A stretch of 64,000 nucleotides of DNA from Eledone cirrhosa. Its lineage: Eukaryota. The notes under the pieces are model-generated. The model was not told where the DNA came from and did not search any database. It was given only the letters and a program-made list of their open reading frames with translations. Made by a program: the position numbers and the translations under genes. The stretch is taken from positions 8,866,001 through 8,930,000 of the forward strand of contig OZ024763.1 in NCBI GenBank assembly GCA_964016885.1. The letters run 5' to 3'. Shown here one piece after another: positions 25,337-34,829 of the stretch. Within the stretch, counting starts at the first letter, position 1. Every line of letters begins with the position of its first letter.

Positions 25337-27329
25337 AATAATAATTACAAAGACCAGCCCAAAGAGGGCTCGATAACGATTATATATATATATATATATA
25401 TATAAGTATATACAAATCCGTAGAAAAAACTTTAATCTAAATTAGTAATATATATATATATAAATAAACACACAATGCTGGTCAGTGTGTGTGTGTCTAT
25501 ATATATATATATATATACACACACACATGCATATGTGTTAATACCTCTCTATTTATATCTATGTCTTCATCTGTCCACTACATCTTTAATATATGACTTA
25601 TTTTCCATTTTCTTCCTCCACTGTAGGCATTGGTCCCCATTACTTTAGAGGTGGAAGTTCCATTTGAGTTCCACCGTTTCATTATTGGACAAAAAGGTAA
25701 AGATGTTCGTAAGATGATGGAGAACCACGAAGTAAGCATTACTGTTCCACCACCTGAAGACAAGAGCAACATTATTAAAGTTACAGGACCTCCAAACAAT
25801 GTCCATGGGGCTAAACAGGCTCTGGAAGAGAGGTGCACGGCTTTGGAGAGTGAGAAACAGGACAGAGTATGTTGTACCTCTCTCTCTATCTTTTTATCTT
25901 CTCTCTTTCTCTCTGTATTATCTCTTTTGTTTTCTTGTCATCACCCCACCTCCAACCATTTCTTTGTTGCTGATGAGTCTGTCTTGTTTCTGTTTACACA
26001 CAGACAGATACATGCATACATACGCACATATACATAATGGTAACGCATGAAGACGTTCTCTTGATATGAGCAAAATGTATGCAAGAGTAATGTAAATGCT
26101 AAAGGTTTTAAAAAGATCACGATAGTCTCTAGCTATTTTCTGAGTTGCTGTGGGTCTATTACCCCAATTCTTCTGGTCCCCACCAGAATTACTGTCTGTC
26201 ATATTTTTTGCCATATCTCATTAATTCTGCTTCACTTTTCAGCTGTTGCGTAGTTATAAACTCGAGGTTGAAGTGGACTCTCAATACCACCCAAAGATTA
26301 TCGGCAGAAAAGGAGCTGTTATTACTAAAATACGTTCAGATCATGATGTTAACATTCAGTTCCCTGAACGAAGTGAAGCTCAGAATATTATCACCATAAC
26401 AGGATACGAAAACAACGCCAACCTGGCTAAAAAGGCAATTCTTGAAATTGTCCACGAGCTGGTAAATATCTCTTTATGTCTCAAACTTCCAAAAAACTGA
26501 AGAATTATGAAATTTATAGAAAATGTAGGCAAGTTAGATGTAGGAAGTAGCTGTAAACACAGTCTGTAGCTTGTAGTAAGAAACTCTAAGAAGAGCTGAA
26601 CTTCGGAAAAGAAACCCACTCTACTCAAGCGAGTGTTTTGGCCCTTAACTTCTTACTCTAAAAGGGATGGGCCACATCCAAGACATAAATAATAGTTTAG
26701 AAAATCGGGTGAAATACCCCTATGTATGAGATAAAGTGGTGACTCTCTCCCCAATTTTCTATTGAGAAATATCAATTTGTTGATGCAGAAGTAAATATTT
26801 AAAAAGAATTATGACCAAATATTGCCTTTAGAAAATGAAAAAAACATCACGGTAATAAGTGAGGGCATTCTCTTGAGATGAGCAAAATGTATGCAAGGAG
26901 AATTATATCATTAGGTGAAGTGGAGTATATATGTATGTATGTATATGTGTATATATATGTATTTTTATGACATTTACGTTTGTGTCTGAATAAATCTATT
27001 TTATATTCCAGGAGGACATGACAAGTATCTCTGTGAAAATCGATCCTCGTGTACATCCACGGATAATTGGTGCAAAAGGACGTAATGTGAAACGCCTGAT
27101 GGATGACTACAAAGTGGACATCAAGTTTCCCCGCCCAGAGTCTGACGAGCCAGATGTGATCACCATCACAGGGGCTGAAGAAGATTGTTTAGATTGCCGA
27201 GAATATCTTATGGGTTTTGAAGAGGAATATGTAAGTAAAATCACTGTAACTCTGTTTATAAATCTTTCGATATATACATACATACATACAGGCCTATATA
27301 TATAATGTGTATGTATGTATATATACCGC

Positions 27330-27367
<38 letters not shown>

Positions 27368-28418
27368 CACACACACAAATGTCTATACTTATATGTAATC
27401 GAAACTATATTGTTGTTGTTGTTTGCTACACACCTTCAAATATATAGAGTGTGTGTATATATATATAATTGAAGAAAGGGAAGCAGACCGTTAAAATATA
27501 TTTATAAAGAGTTCTTACACATGTTATGCCCAAGCTGGGCTCAGAGGGAAGTAAAGGGTTTAATTAGGAACCCTGAATGGGTATGAATACGATTTTAACA
27601 TCGAAATTCATATCTCGGTGTTAGAGTTATCTGCTTAAGTTTGTGAACAAAGGGAGGTAATTCCGGTTCTGATTTGGAATTGTCTGCTAAAATTCATTTC
27701 CACTATTATAAAATATTCATTTATTCCCCTAAGTCTATTTACTACATGCTAATTTAATAATGCTTTGTCAAGCCAGTTTGCAGAGGCACAGTTAAGGTAT
27801 GAATGTGAGTGTTCCATAACATTATGGTCAATGAAACTTATGTACAGTCTAAGTTAGTATGAGGCTGCAATTTCAACAGGTTTAAACGCCAAAAAGTGTA
27901 AAGGCATAAACGTCAGGCTTTGCACAATCACATGATTATACCCCCATGATGTTTAAATGGTACAATCATCGATCCTGCAGAGATACTCAAGATTTATTCC
28001 ATTGGTGTGCAGGAATACGACAGTGCTTCTTTTTCTTCAATTTCTTCGATTATAATTGATCTGCTTAAATTCACACACTAAATATTAACGCTTCAAATGT
28101 TTAACCCTGTCTGCACAAGCATCGAGCACTAAAGCAATTAATTATCTGTATCGTCTCCTTCTATAACGCTTCCTCTCTCTATTCTCTCTCACGATACTGT
28201 AACATTCTATTATATACACACACACAAATGTCTACACTTATATGTAATCAAAACTATATTGTTGTTGTTTGCTACACACCTTCAAATATAGACTGTGTGT
28301 GTATATATATATATAGGCTGCAAAATCGTGTTCGAGCATTGCCATCACCTGATAAAATGCAAAAAATGTGAGGCATGAATGTGGCTCTTTAAACCACCCA
28401 AAGACTTGCACCCTCTGG

Positions 28419-28469
<51 letters not shown>

Positions 28470-29970
28470 AAATATAATATAGTTAGAAACTCACAATAAA
28501 ACCCCTAAGATCAAGGGAGCTGAAGGAAGAGAGACCGAGTTCATATATCATAGCAATGAGAGAAGGCACAATGAATTGTCTGATAATAGGGAATTTTAGC
28601 CCCTATTCATCATCATCATCATCATCATCATCATTTTACGTCCGCTTTTCCCTGCTTGCAAGGGTAGGACGGGTCTTATTCAGTACAGCATCTCTCCACT
28701 CGTCACGGACTTTTGTCATCTCCACCCTGAGCTTCAACGATCTGAGGTCTGTTCTCACCACCTCCGCCCATGTTTTTCGTGGTCTACCTCTACCACGTCT
28801 TCCTTCAACTGGCATTTCCTGGCACTTCTTCACCCATCGGTCATCGTCCATGCGCATCACATGTCCATACCACCTCAGTCTCCTCTCCCGTACACTACAT
28901 TCTATCCCTCTCAGACACAGTTTCTCTCAACACATTCATGCTGGGTCGTTCACGCACATTTACACTGCACATCCAACAAAGCATGCTTGCCCCATTTCTC
29001 TCCAGCCGTCGCATATCTTCTGCGGTAGCTGCCCATGTCTCACTACCATGCAGCATCGCGCTCCTCACACAGGCATCATACAACCGGCCTTTCGTACGCA
29101 GGGAGAAACCCTTCTTTGTCAACAGAGGAAGCAGCTCCCTAAACTTCTTCCAACCCGTCCTTATTCTAGATACTATGGCCTCGGAACACCCCCTCCCATG
29201 CTAATCTGATCTCTTAGGTACCGGAAGCTATCCACCACTTCTATAGCGCCCTCCTGCATTTGAAAAATGTGTCTATCAATGCGACTTCTACTGTCTAATT
29301 TCCCTGTACATCTACTGCATACATATTTCTCCCGACCTGTTAGTTTGCCTGCTATCCCGCTACATCTCTTGTGTACCCAGGATCTGCATTGTGTGCATTA
29401 TATTATCTGACATAATTTATGTGCCTTCTCTTATTGCTATGATGATGATCATCATCATTTTACGTCCGCTTTTCCCTGCTTGCTAGGGTGGGACGGGTCT
29501 TATTCAGCACAGCATCTCTCCACTTGTCACGATCCTTCGTCATCTCTGCCATGAGCTTCAGTGATCTGAGGTCTGTTCTCACCACCTCCGCCCATGTATA
29601 TATATATGATATAAATATATATACACATATATATGCACACACACATATATATATATATACACATATAATATATATATATATACACATACACACAAGTCTA
29701 CACTAATATGTGATCTAAACTATATTGATGTTGTTCACCCCTGCACAGCTTCAAGATATAATTGACCAGGAATACCTGAAAGAACTCCACGAACCACCCA
29801 GCCGATCAGATGTTAATGGGGCTCCGAAAGAATCTAAAGGGTTCTTTGTGAAAGACGCCCCATGGGATAAAGTCCCTGACACAAACAGTACTGATGAGTT
29901 CCCATCCTTCGGGACTGCTGTACCTCTGCCGAAACCCTCCCAGGCTTGGGGACCACTCAAGCGAAAATAA
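8039..29970 (+). CDS. HDLBP: Vigilin / high-density lipoprotein-binding protein (multi-KH RNA-binding protein); 23 coding exons, 1249 aa
   Basis: Exons join through GT-AG introns with compatible phases: 8039-8200, 8550-8658, 8954-9069, 9826-10029, 11342-11557, 12545-12751, 13157-13264, 14359-14463, 15424-15502, 15809-15948, 16411-16629, 17225-17311, 17673-17804, 18633-18851, 19406-19492, 19651-19785, 20580-20798, 21020-21158, 24577-24743, 25627-25866, 26243-26461, 27012-27230, 29749-29970 (sum 3750 nt). The protein has the vigilin N-terminus (TYDEAFPAL...TQIFTVPLEERR...GEQAKIC...SLAKDQ), 14 KH repeats with HxxIIGxxG-type motifs and the C-terminal APW...DEFPSFG...WGP tail. Confidence 0.96.
8550..8658 (+). 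CDS. HDLBP: vigilin coding exon 2
   Basis: tttttgcag|IFTVPLEERRFKEINEHSFGEEGEQAKICRDIMQKT|gtgagt. Confidence 0.93.
8954..9069 (+). CDS. HDLBP: vigilin coding exon 3
   Basis: tttcag|(G)VSIEMSLAKDQSLTVVISGKPDDVMKARREVVSELQTQ|gtaatg. Confidence 0.93.
9826..10029 (+). CDS. HDLBP: vigilin coding exon 4 (KH, GKNG)
   Basis: tttag|ASYTIKIPKEHHRFILGKNG...CTSDEQ|gtatgt. Confidence 0.93.
10922..11056 (-). ncRNA. hammerhead ribozyme motif with long branched stem II (antisense in intron 4)
   Basis: Minus strand reads CTG-CTGATGA-A-GTTACTCT...GGGGTAAC-A-GAAA-CTAG(TGCA)TTAG-TC^CGG. Stem I is only 3-5 bp. Confidence 0.65.
11342..11557 (+). CDS. HDLBP: vigilin coding exon 5 (KH, GPHN)
   Basis: tttag|AKLAFERIPVPKIYHPFICGPHNN...LEEK|gtaagt. 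Confidence 0.93.
12545..12751 (+). CDS. HDLBP: vigilin coding exon 6 (KH, GQKR)
   Basis: tcag|KKKCQPVSVEVRKCQHKYVIGQKRANI...MVYSK|gtaaac. Confidence 0.93.
12890..12992 (-). ncRNA. decayed hammerhead of a dispersed family (3' half-copies at 688-728 -, 1527-1567 +, 6991-7045 +, 37265-37340)
   Basis: CTGATGA-GATGGC...GCTGTC-AAAAT here; the other copies read GAAATAGCCRTC-GAAA-CGGC-NNGAGCTCN-GCCG-TC. Confidence 0.55.
13157..13264 (+). CDS. HDLBP: vigilin coding exon 7
   Basis: tttcag|ANSVIVEEVKAPAWLHRFIIGKQG...TPK|gtaatt. Confidence 0.93.
13433..13634. repeat. perfect inverted repeat, 87-bp arms, 28-nt spacer
   Basis: 13433-13519 is the exact reverse complement of 13548-13634. Confidence 0.95.
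13543..13602 (+). ncRNA. type I hammerhead ribozyme motif in vigilin intron 7 (sense strand)
   Basis: TTTCATT-CTGAGGA-TTGAAAGCAAAA(TC)TTTTGCTTTTAA-GAAA-CCACTGG-TA^AATGGAA. Stem I 7 bp, stem II ~11 bp, short stem III, cleavage triplet GUA at 13593-13595. Confidence 0.8.
13940..14052 (-). ncRNA. variant hammerhead motif with extended stem II (antisense in intron 7)
   Basis: Minus strand reads TATT-CCGATGA-T-TTGATCAG...CTGATCAA-T-GAAA-CAATTG-TT^AATA, followed by AATAAA. The core carries a U4->C change. Confidence 0.55.
14105..14262 (+). mobile_element. RTE-tailed SINE 3' part (other copies 18400-18565 +; 5420-5530, 11578-11790, 21360-21560, 24916-25060, 36575-36830 -)
   Basis: GTTAGGAAGGGCATCCAGCTGTAGAAA core; CCATGCTAGCATGGAAGAACGGATGTAAAACGATGATG tail. 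Confidence 0.75.
14359..14463 (+). CDS. HDLBP: vigilin coding exon 8
   Basis: tttcag|VHIEFTEGQDKINIEGPPDEV...IKDL|gttagt. Confidence 0.93.
14505..15260. repeat. compound (CA)n/(CT)n low-complexity minisatellite
   Basis: Repeated CATGCTCTCTCACACACA and CATACATCTCTCACACA units. Confidence 0.9.
15424..15502 (+). CDS. HDLBP: vigilin coding exon 9
   Basis: ttacag|GKRMDFDEIEIDQRFHKHIIGKNGAN|gtaagt. Confidence 0.92.
15809..15948 (+). CDS. HDLBP: vigilin coding exon 10
   Basis: tttcttag|(I)SRIKNETGVAIQIPSD...MAQRM|gtcagt. Confidence 0.92.
16411..16629 (+). CDS. HDLBP: vigilin coding exon 11
   Basis: ctgcag|ENEKSRDIMIEQRFHKTIIGARG...QQEL|gtcagt. Confidence 0.93.
16860..17112 (+). mobile_element. 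old, diverged RTE LINE 3' fragment
   Basis: gaggagattgcactggtatggacatatgatgcgtatg resembles the RRLRWYGHVMRM-coding segment of the other copies. Confidence 0.6.
17225..17311 (+). CDS. HDLBP: vigilin coding exon 12
   Basis: ttcag|VTNNYQAQVQIFKEFHKNIIGKGGATIKK|gtaaac. Confidence 0.93.
17673..17804 (+). CDS. HDLBP: vigilin coding exon 13
   Basis: tgcag|IRDETDTRIELPHENMNSDMIVITGKK...QKDL|gtgagg. Confidence 0.92.
18633..18851 (+). CDS. HDLBP: vigilin coding exon 14
   Basis: ttttcag|ANIKEITVEIPSKFHNSIIGAKG...TSEK|gtaggg. Confidence 0.93.
19085..19362. mobile_element. hAT-like MITE
   Basis: TIRs CAATGGTTCTTAACC / GGTTAAGAACCACTT; 8-bp TSD AATTAGAG / AATTTGAG (7 of 8 match). Confidence 0.75.
19406..19492 (+). 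CDS. HDLBP: vigilin coding exon 15
   Basis: tttcag|QLSSYTATIRAKPAYHKFLIGTGGSKIKK|gtaagt. Confidence 0.92.
19651..19785 (+). CDS. HDLBP: vigilin coding exon 16
   Basis: gatag|VREKTGARVIFPNEHD...LIKSL|gttagt. Confidence 0.92.
20075..20560 (+). mobile_element. CR1-type LINE 3' end (ORF2 C-terminus, 3'UTR, (ATT)n tail)
   Basis: Decayed T.GHAYKIRKQ...HFFT.RVAEA..KL.ASVV...SFK motif; the 3'UTR recurs inverted at 41018-41133. Confidence 0.7.
20580..20798 (+). CDS. HDLBP: vigilin coding exon 17
   Basis: ttgtag|DNIVEGEVSVDPKHHRYFVARRG...VADL|gtgagt. Confidence 0.93.
21020..21158 (+). CDS. HDLBP: vigilin coding exon 18
   Basis: ctgcag|DAQVVVECVIAQKYHRTVMGARG...PVNG|gtaaag. Confidence 0.92.
21678..22560 (-). 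mobile_element. Penelope-like/retrozyme-like repeat, copy 1, with degenerate hammerhead at 21894-21938
   Basis: Shares ~550 bp with 27468-28020. Minus strand reads CTGAGGA-GCC(CAACTTA)GGC-GTAA-CATGTG-TA. Flanked by (TA)n. Confidence 0.55.
22655..23120 (-). mobile_element. inverted-repeat-bounded element with a degenerate minimal hammerhead (22845-22882)
   Basis: 22655-22750 is inverted relative to 23038-23120; minus strand TTGATAA-T-GCA(TAAAA)TGC-T-GAAA-CCGG-TA; (TA)n at both ends. Confidence 0.45.
23130..24114 (+). mobile_element. 5'-truncated RTE-clade LINE (RT C-terminal half), frameshifted
   Basis: YADDL, GLRVNLAKTKV, C4HC3 cysteine cluster, LHGSETW, RLRWYGHVMRM, GRGRPRKTW, (GAT)n tail. 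Confidence 0.9.
24577..24743 (+). CDS. HDLBP: vigilin coding exon 19
   Basis: ccccag|(E)RVTITPPEED...DVILITGKPENCEEAKKALQ|gtcagt. Confidence 0.9.
25143..25286. repeat. fold-back palindrome centred on (TA)n
   Basis: TAGGTATTAAGAAACACTGAT...GTAAAGAGGTAAATACATG(TA)nCATGTATTTACCTCTTTAC...ATCAGTGTTTCTTAATACCTA. Confidence 0.9.
25627..25866 (+). CDS. HDLBP: vigilin coding exon 20
   Basis: ctgtag|ALVPITLEVEVPFEFHRFIIGQKG...KQDR|gtatgt. Confidence 0.93.
26243..26461 (+). CDS. HDLBP: vigilin coding exon 21
   Basis: ttttcag|LLRSYKLEVEVDSQYHPKIIGRKG...VHEL|gtaaat. Confidence 0.93.
27012..27230 (+). CDS. HDLBP: vigilin coding exon 22
   Basis: ttccag|EDMTSISVKIDPRVHPRIIGAKG...FEEEY|gtaagt. Confidence 0.93.
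27468..28206 (-). mobile_element. same repeat family, copy 2, with its terminal segment inverted
   Basis: 27468-28020 matches 21855-22418; 28025-28206 is the reverse complement of 21678-21868. Confidence 0.6.
28607..29399 (-). mobile_element. 5'-truncated RTE-clade LINE, same family
   Basis: Reverse complement closely matches ~23340-24114; (CAT)n tail at left end. Confidence 0.9.
29448..29596 (-). mobile_element. RTE LINE 3' fragment
   Basis: TWAEVVRTDLRSLKL...PTLASREKRT plus (CAT)n tail. Confidence 0.85.
29749..29970 (+). CDS. HDLBP: vigilin coding exon 23 (terminal)
   Basis: gcacag|LQDIIDQEYL...FVKDAPW...DEFPSFG...AWGPLKRK-TAA. Confidence 0.93.
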   Translation, partial: LQDIIDQEYLKELHEPPSRSDVNGAPKESKGFFVKDAPWDKVPDTNSTDEFPSFGTAVPLPKPSQAWGPLKRK

Positions 29971-30497
29971 AGTACATGTTTATGTTTTCACTTTTTTTCT
30001 TTTTCTTCCTTCTTTTCTATTATTGTTTTTTTTGTTTTTTTTTTAAATGCTAAAACAAGAGAAAAATATATAAATTTTTTTTACCCCCCCAAAACATAAC
30101 GAACACTTAATTACTGTTAATGAAGTTTGTTCGATTGTTTTTTTTTTGTTTTTTTTTTAAAATTATATATTATATAATCTGGTTGTACTCCAGAATATAT
30201 ATATATAATTTTTTTTGTTTTGTTTTGTTTTAAATGTATTATTTCTGTTACCATTAGTTACATTCTTAGGAGAGGTGGGCGTGGGGGGAAGGGCAATTTT
30301 TATTTTATTTTATATTTTGATTTTTAATTTGAATATTTTTTTTTGGCAGGAGAGGGAGGGGCATTAGCTAATACTCCTCCTCTTCCTCCTCACATCATCT
30401 GATAGTTATTTAGGGGGTCCCAGCCTCTCTAACCCTTTTTTGCTCTATTTACATAACTTCTGCCTATCCTTAAACTGGAATACCCTTTAAACCTTAC

Positions 30498-30533
<36 letters not shown>

Positions 30534-30657
30534 GATATATATACATGTGTGTAGTTACACATACACACATGTATATGTATGTATATATATTTATATATAT
30601 TTATGTGTATATATATGTATTCAGATGTGCACACATGTGCATATATTTGTGTTTGTG

Positions 30658-30699
<42 letters not shown>

Positions 30700-30827
30700 A
30701 TACACACACATATATATAAACATACACATGTCTAGTTATGTTTGTTTAATTATATTGGTGGTTTTCTGTTCTTTTTCTTTTTCTGTCTCCTCCTCCATGG
30801 AAAAATAACAACAACAACACAGCAAAC

Positions 30828-31745
30828 ATTTAATTGAACTTGTTGCAGGAGTTTAGCTCACTTTTTGTTACCAGTCTCACTCTCCTTATGTACTCCTTCT
30901 GTATCTTTTCCTTCATACTTGCATGCTGGATTTTACCCCCTTCATTAACTCCAAGATATTTGTAGAACTCTTCATTGTTAAGTTCCTTTATGGTAGTTTG
31001 TTGGTCCATGACAATATCTTTATGGTTAGAGAGCTTTTGCATACATGTCCAGTCCAAATTCCATATGGATATTGTTTCACTGTGTGCAGTAAACCTTCCA
31101 GCTGCCCATCATTGTTTCCAAATAGCTTGATATCATCCATATAAAGAAGGTGACTGTAGTGCCTGTTGTCTATTTTATATCCATAGCCTGACCTCCACAG
31201 TAACTGACTTAACGAAGCAAGTGACATACAGCAAAGGGGACAATGAGTTGCTTTGGGATATTCTACGATTAATCTTGATCTGTCTAGATTCCATTGTTCC
31301 ATTGTGGTGTTGGACCATCAGAGTTTTCCAGTCTGTCATCATTGCCTTCAGGAAAGTTGTGATCTCAGGTGCTATGTGATACATTTCTAGTGTCTTTATG
31401 ATCCATGAATGAGGTATGCTGTCGAATACCTTCTTGTAGTCTATCCAGGTGATTGACAGGTTTTTCTTTTTCTGTTTGCAGTTTTCCGTTATGAGTATAT
31501 TAATCAATAGCTGATCTTTGCACCCATAACTCTCTTGTTTACAGCCTTTTTGTTCAGGTGGCACTAGATCTCCACAGATGAGGTTATTGTAGACCCTGTT
31601 GGTAATCACTGATGTGAAGGCTTTGTACATCATTGGGAGATATGTAATTGGTCTGTAGTTTGGGGGATTTTCTGTGCATTCATTCTTTGGTAGAAGATAT
31701 GTTATGCCAGTTGTCAACCACTTTGCGACCTCTCTTGGGTTTGCT
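30828..31745 (-). mobile_element. R4/Dong-like non-LTR retrotransposon reverse transcriptase fragment (frameshifted)
   Basis: GITYLLPK..NYRPIT, EQKGC...GCKDQLLIN, WIDYKKVFDSIPHSWI, SHLLYMDDIKLF, YKYLGV. Confidence 0.85.
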
Positions 31746-32347
31746 ACAATCTTAGGAATTCAGCAGCCAAGGCTTCATGGAGCACATCCACATGTTTCAG
31801 CCAGAAATTCTGCACACCATCTTATTATTATTATTAGCCTTTCATTTCTGTTAAGTTTGTGTTTTTAGGAGTGTGGTAGGGTGGAGCTGGGGGTAGGGTG
31901 ATGGGTTTAATGATACCCTCCACACGCGCACACAACCACACTCATAACCTCTCCTATTGTCTCCATAAGAAATTGTTGTTGTGACTGTTATTTTTTGGTG
32001 GTGTTGATACAGACATTGGAGGGGGTGGGTGGAGAGTTTTAAAGTGATATCTCCCCCCCCCCCTCCGTTTCAACTTTCAGATGATGTCTAGAGCAAATAA
32101 GATAGATACCAGTTATATATTGGAGGCGGGACAGGGTTGATTTTTATTGACTAACCTTTCTACCCCCAAAGTTTTAGCTTTGTGCCTCTTAGAAATCATT
32201 ATTATTATTATTATTAGCCTTTCATCCTTATGGAGTTGATAAGATAAAGTACCTGTAACACACTGGGGTTGATTTAAGTGATTTTTCCCTTCCCTTCAAA
32301 TTACTGGTCTTGTGCCAAAAGTAGAAAGAATTATTATTATTATTAAG

Positions 32348-32583
32348 GGTGGCGGATTGGCTGTAATCAGTAGAGGGTCAGACAACCTACTTTGTGGCAT
32401 AGTTATGGCCCTTTACATTCTGAGTTCAAATCCTGTTAGTTTTGCCTTTCATCCTTACAGGGTCGATAAAATAAAGTACCAGTAATGTACTGGGGTCAAT
32501 TAAATCGACCCCCCTACCCCACCCCCTCCAAAAAAAAAATTGCTGGCCTTGTGCCTAAATCAGAAACCATTATTATCATTATT
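32348..32583 (+). mobile_element. full-length tRNA-derived SINE, last of three tandem copies (32090-32583)
   Basis: Head GGTGGCGGATTGG, B box, core and (ATT)n tail. Confidence 0.8.
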
Positions 32584-33024
32584 GGTATGTGGGGCAGGGT
32601 TAAGGTGTAACTTCTTTAGTGAACCAGATTTACTTGGTTTGAGCCTGGCATGAACACCACAGAATCACATCATGTGACTTTGTAAAAAAAAAAAAATGGC
32701 TACTGTTACTGTTGTTGTTGTTGTTGTTGTTGTTACTACTGTTGTTGTTGTTAATGGAATTGTTGAGGTTTCCAAGATAGAAGAAAGACTGTGGTTCTAA
32801 GTGTTTTGTCAGGTACTCAAGACCAGCCAACGTTGGGTTTTTCACCCTCTGTTGATTACACCCACCCCACCTCACCTTCCGAATCTCCTTTAACTCCACC
32901 CACACCTCCAACAAAAAATAAGGACCTTGTACTTAAGGAAGGGATTACCTCCATAAAAAATATACATATACACATGTATGTGTGTATGCATGTATGTATG
33001 TACATATGTATATATACATATATA

Positions 33025-33088
<64 letters not shown>

Positions 33089-33301
33089 TTAATATACCAA
33101 AGTTTCACTTAAATGTTTTTAATGATTATCAACTGTTATGTACATTTCACAGGTGATTGGTCCTTGTGGATGTTATAGACCTGACCCTAGTATTGATCTG
33201 TTTTTAGTTGAAGCACCATATCTGATGACCAGATTGATACTGTAACATCCATATGGACCTTGAGCCAATCATCTGTGAAACATGTGTAATGGTTGATAAT
33301 C

Positions 33302-33307
33302 AATAAA
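33302..33307 (+). terminator. candidate distal polyadenylation signal of vigilin
   Basis: AATAAA ends a stretch of unique sequence (~33090-33300) and is followed by GT-rich CTTTGTTGTT. The motif is common in AT-rich DNA. Confidence 0.35.
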
Positions 33308-33610
33308 AACATTTATGTGAAACTTTGTTGTTAAACTTAATATTTACACTCTGCTTTAGCATAACATGATAATACTGGTACCACCTCTAGTAATTTACAA
33401 ATCAATCCACAGAACTCTGGTGGCTGTCGAAAAAAGCCAAAACAATGTTTGTTTCAACAATGATTTTTAAAAAAAATGTCCAAATTTTTAAGAAGAAAAA
33501 AAATGTAATTAAAAATAGCAAATAAACAATAAAATAAATTCCTTGATTTGTTAGAAAGTTACAAGTTATTGTTTTATATTGTTGAGGGAATAGAAACTCC
33601 AGTGGCTTAA

Positions 33611-33923
33611 CCCTCTAGCATTTAAACCGGCTGTAACCGGCTGCTGATACTGATGTTAAGTCGGTTGTTATATCCAGCCAGAATTCTCTCACCTCTTTCT
33701 GTTCAAACCAGCCATAACTGGCCACTCATACCAACATTAAGCTATTGTTTTCAAAATAAATAACATCAAAATCTCGTAGATTAGATATTATGTGAGATAA
33801 AGCCTGTACCATGAAAATACAATAATATATATAGAGTAATGTAAATGTTATGAGATATTATGACGTAAAGCCTTTACTGTGAAAATACAATAGTATATAT
33901 AGAGTATTGTAAATAGAAAAGGG
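33611..33923. mobile_element. piggyBac-like MITE, copy 2 with internal duplications
   Basis: TTAA-CCCTCTAGCATT...AAAGGG-TTAA; internal sequence matches 5158-5355. Confidence 0.8.
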
Positions 33924-34208
33924 TTAAATAGAAAAATTAATGTTAACCCTGATGGGATTTCACTTTAATGATGTTGATAGTAATAATGCTTTCTTTATTA
34001 GCCACACAGGGCTCACATTAATGAGACATTAAAGACAGTACAGGATGAATAATAATAGTGTTAATTTGACCATGTTGATAATGAGTAATAATAATTTAAT
34101 GATGTTAATAATAATGATGATGATAATTTCTCTTTTTCTATTTTGCCACAAGGATGACACACACAGACATTACAATATAATACAAATTAAATTCAAAAGG
34201 GGAGGTAG

Positions 34209-34253
<45 letters not shown>

Positions 34254-34275
34254 TATGTGTATGTATCTATATCTA

Positions 34276-34311
<36 letters not shown>

Positions 34312-34333
34312 TGTGTGTATGTATCTATATCTA

Positions 34334-34377
<44 letters not shown>

Positions 34378-34829
34378 TGTGTGTATGTATCTATATATAT
34401 ATAATTTTAAAAGCTAAAATAATTGATGGAAAGCTACATTTTCCTATCATGGGCCTCCCTTCCCAAATTAAAACTTCAATAATAATAATAATGATAATAT
34501 AACGATTGATATTGAAAAATACTTCTACAAAAAATAACGAAACTCTATTACGACAGGGGTGAATCCTATTTGTTTCTGTCCCAAATTGTTCGTTAAAACT
34601 CTTATTTTTTAATTTTTTTTTTTGTTTCCAAAAAAAAAAGGAAAAAAGAAAAAAGCCCAAACAGTCAAACAGTTCGTTAACGACCAAAATTGAAATAATT
34701 AATAAAGAAATATTTAAAAAAAAATAAAAATAATAAAACCTGAATCCTTTGTTTTGGTTAGATTTACTTTTATTTTCTATATTTTGTTTTTGTTTTACAT
34801 TTTAATTTGACTTTGTTTATAGTGGAATG

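Noticed and set aside
25965-26025. CTGATGA-GTCTG...CAGAC-AGATAC hammerhead-like string
   Set aside because: GAUA instead of GAAA, no stem I or III, and it lies in low-complexity sequence.
29885-29925. CTGATGAG followed by a hairpin in exon 23
   Set aside because: No GAAA or NUH; explained by the coding sequence TDEFPSFG.
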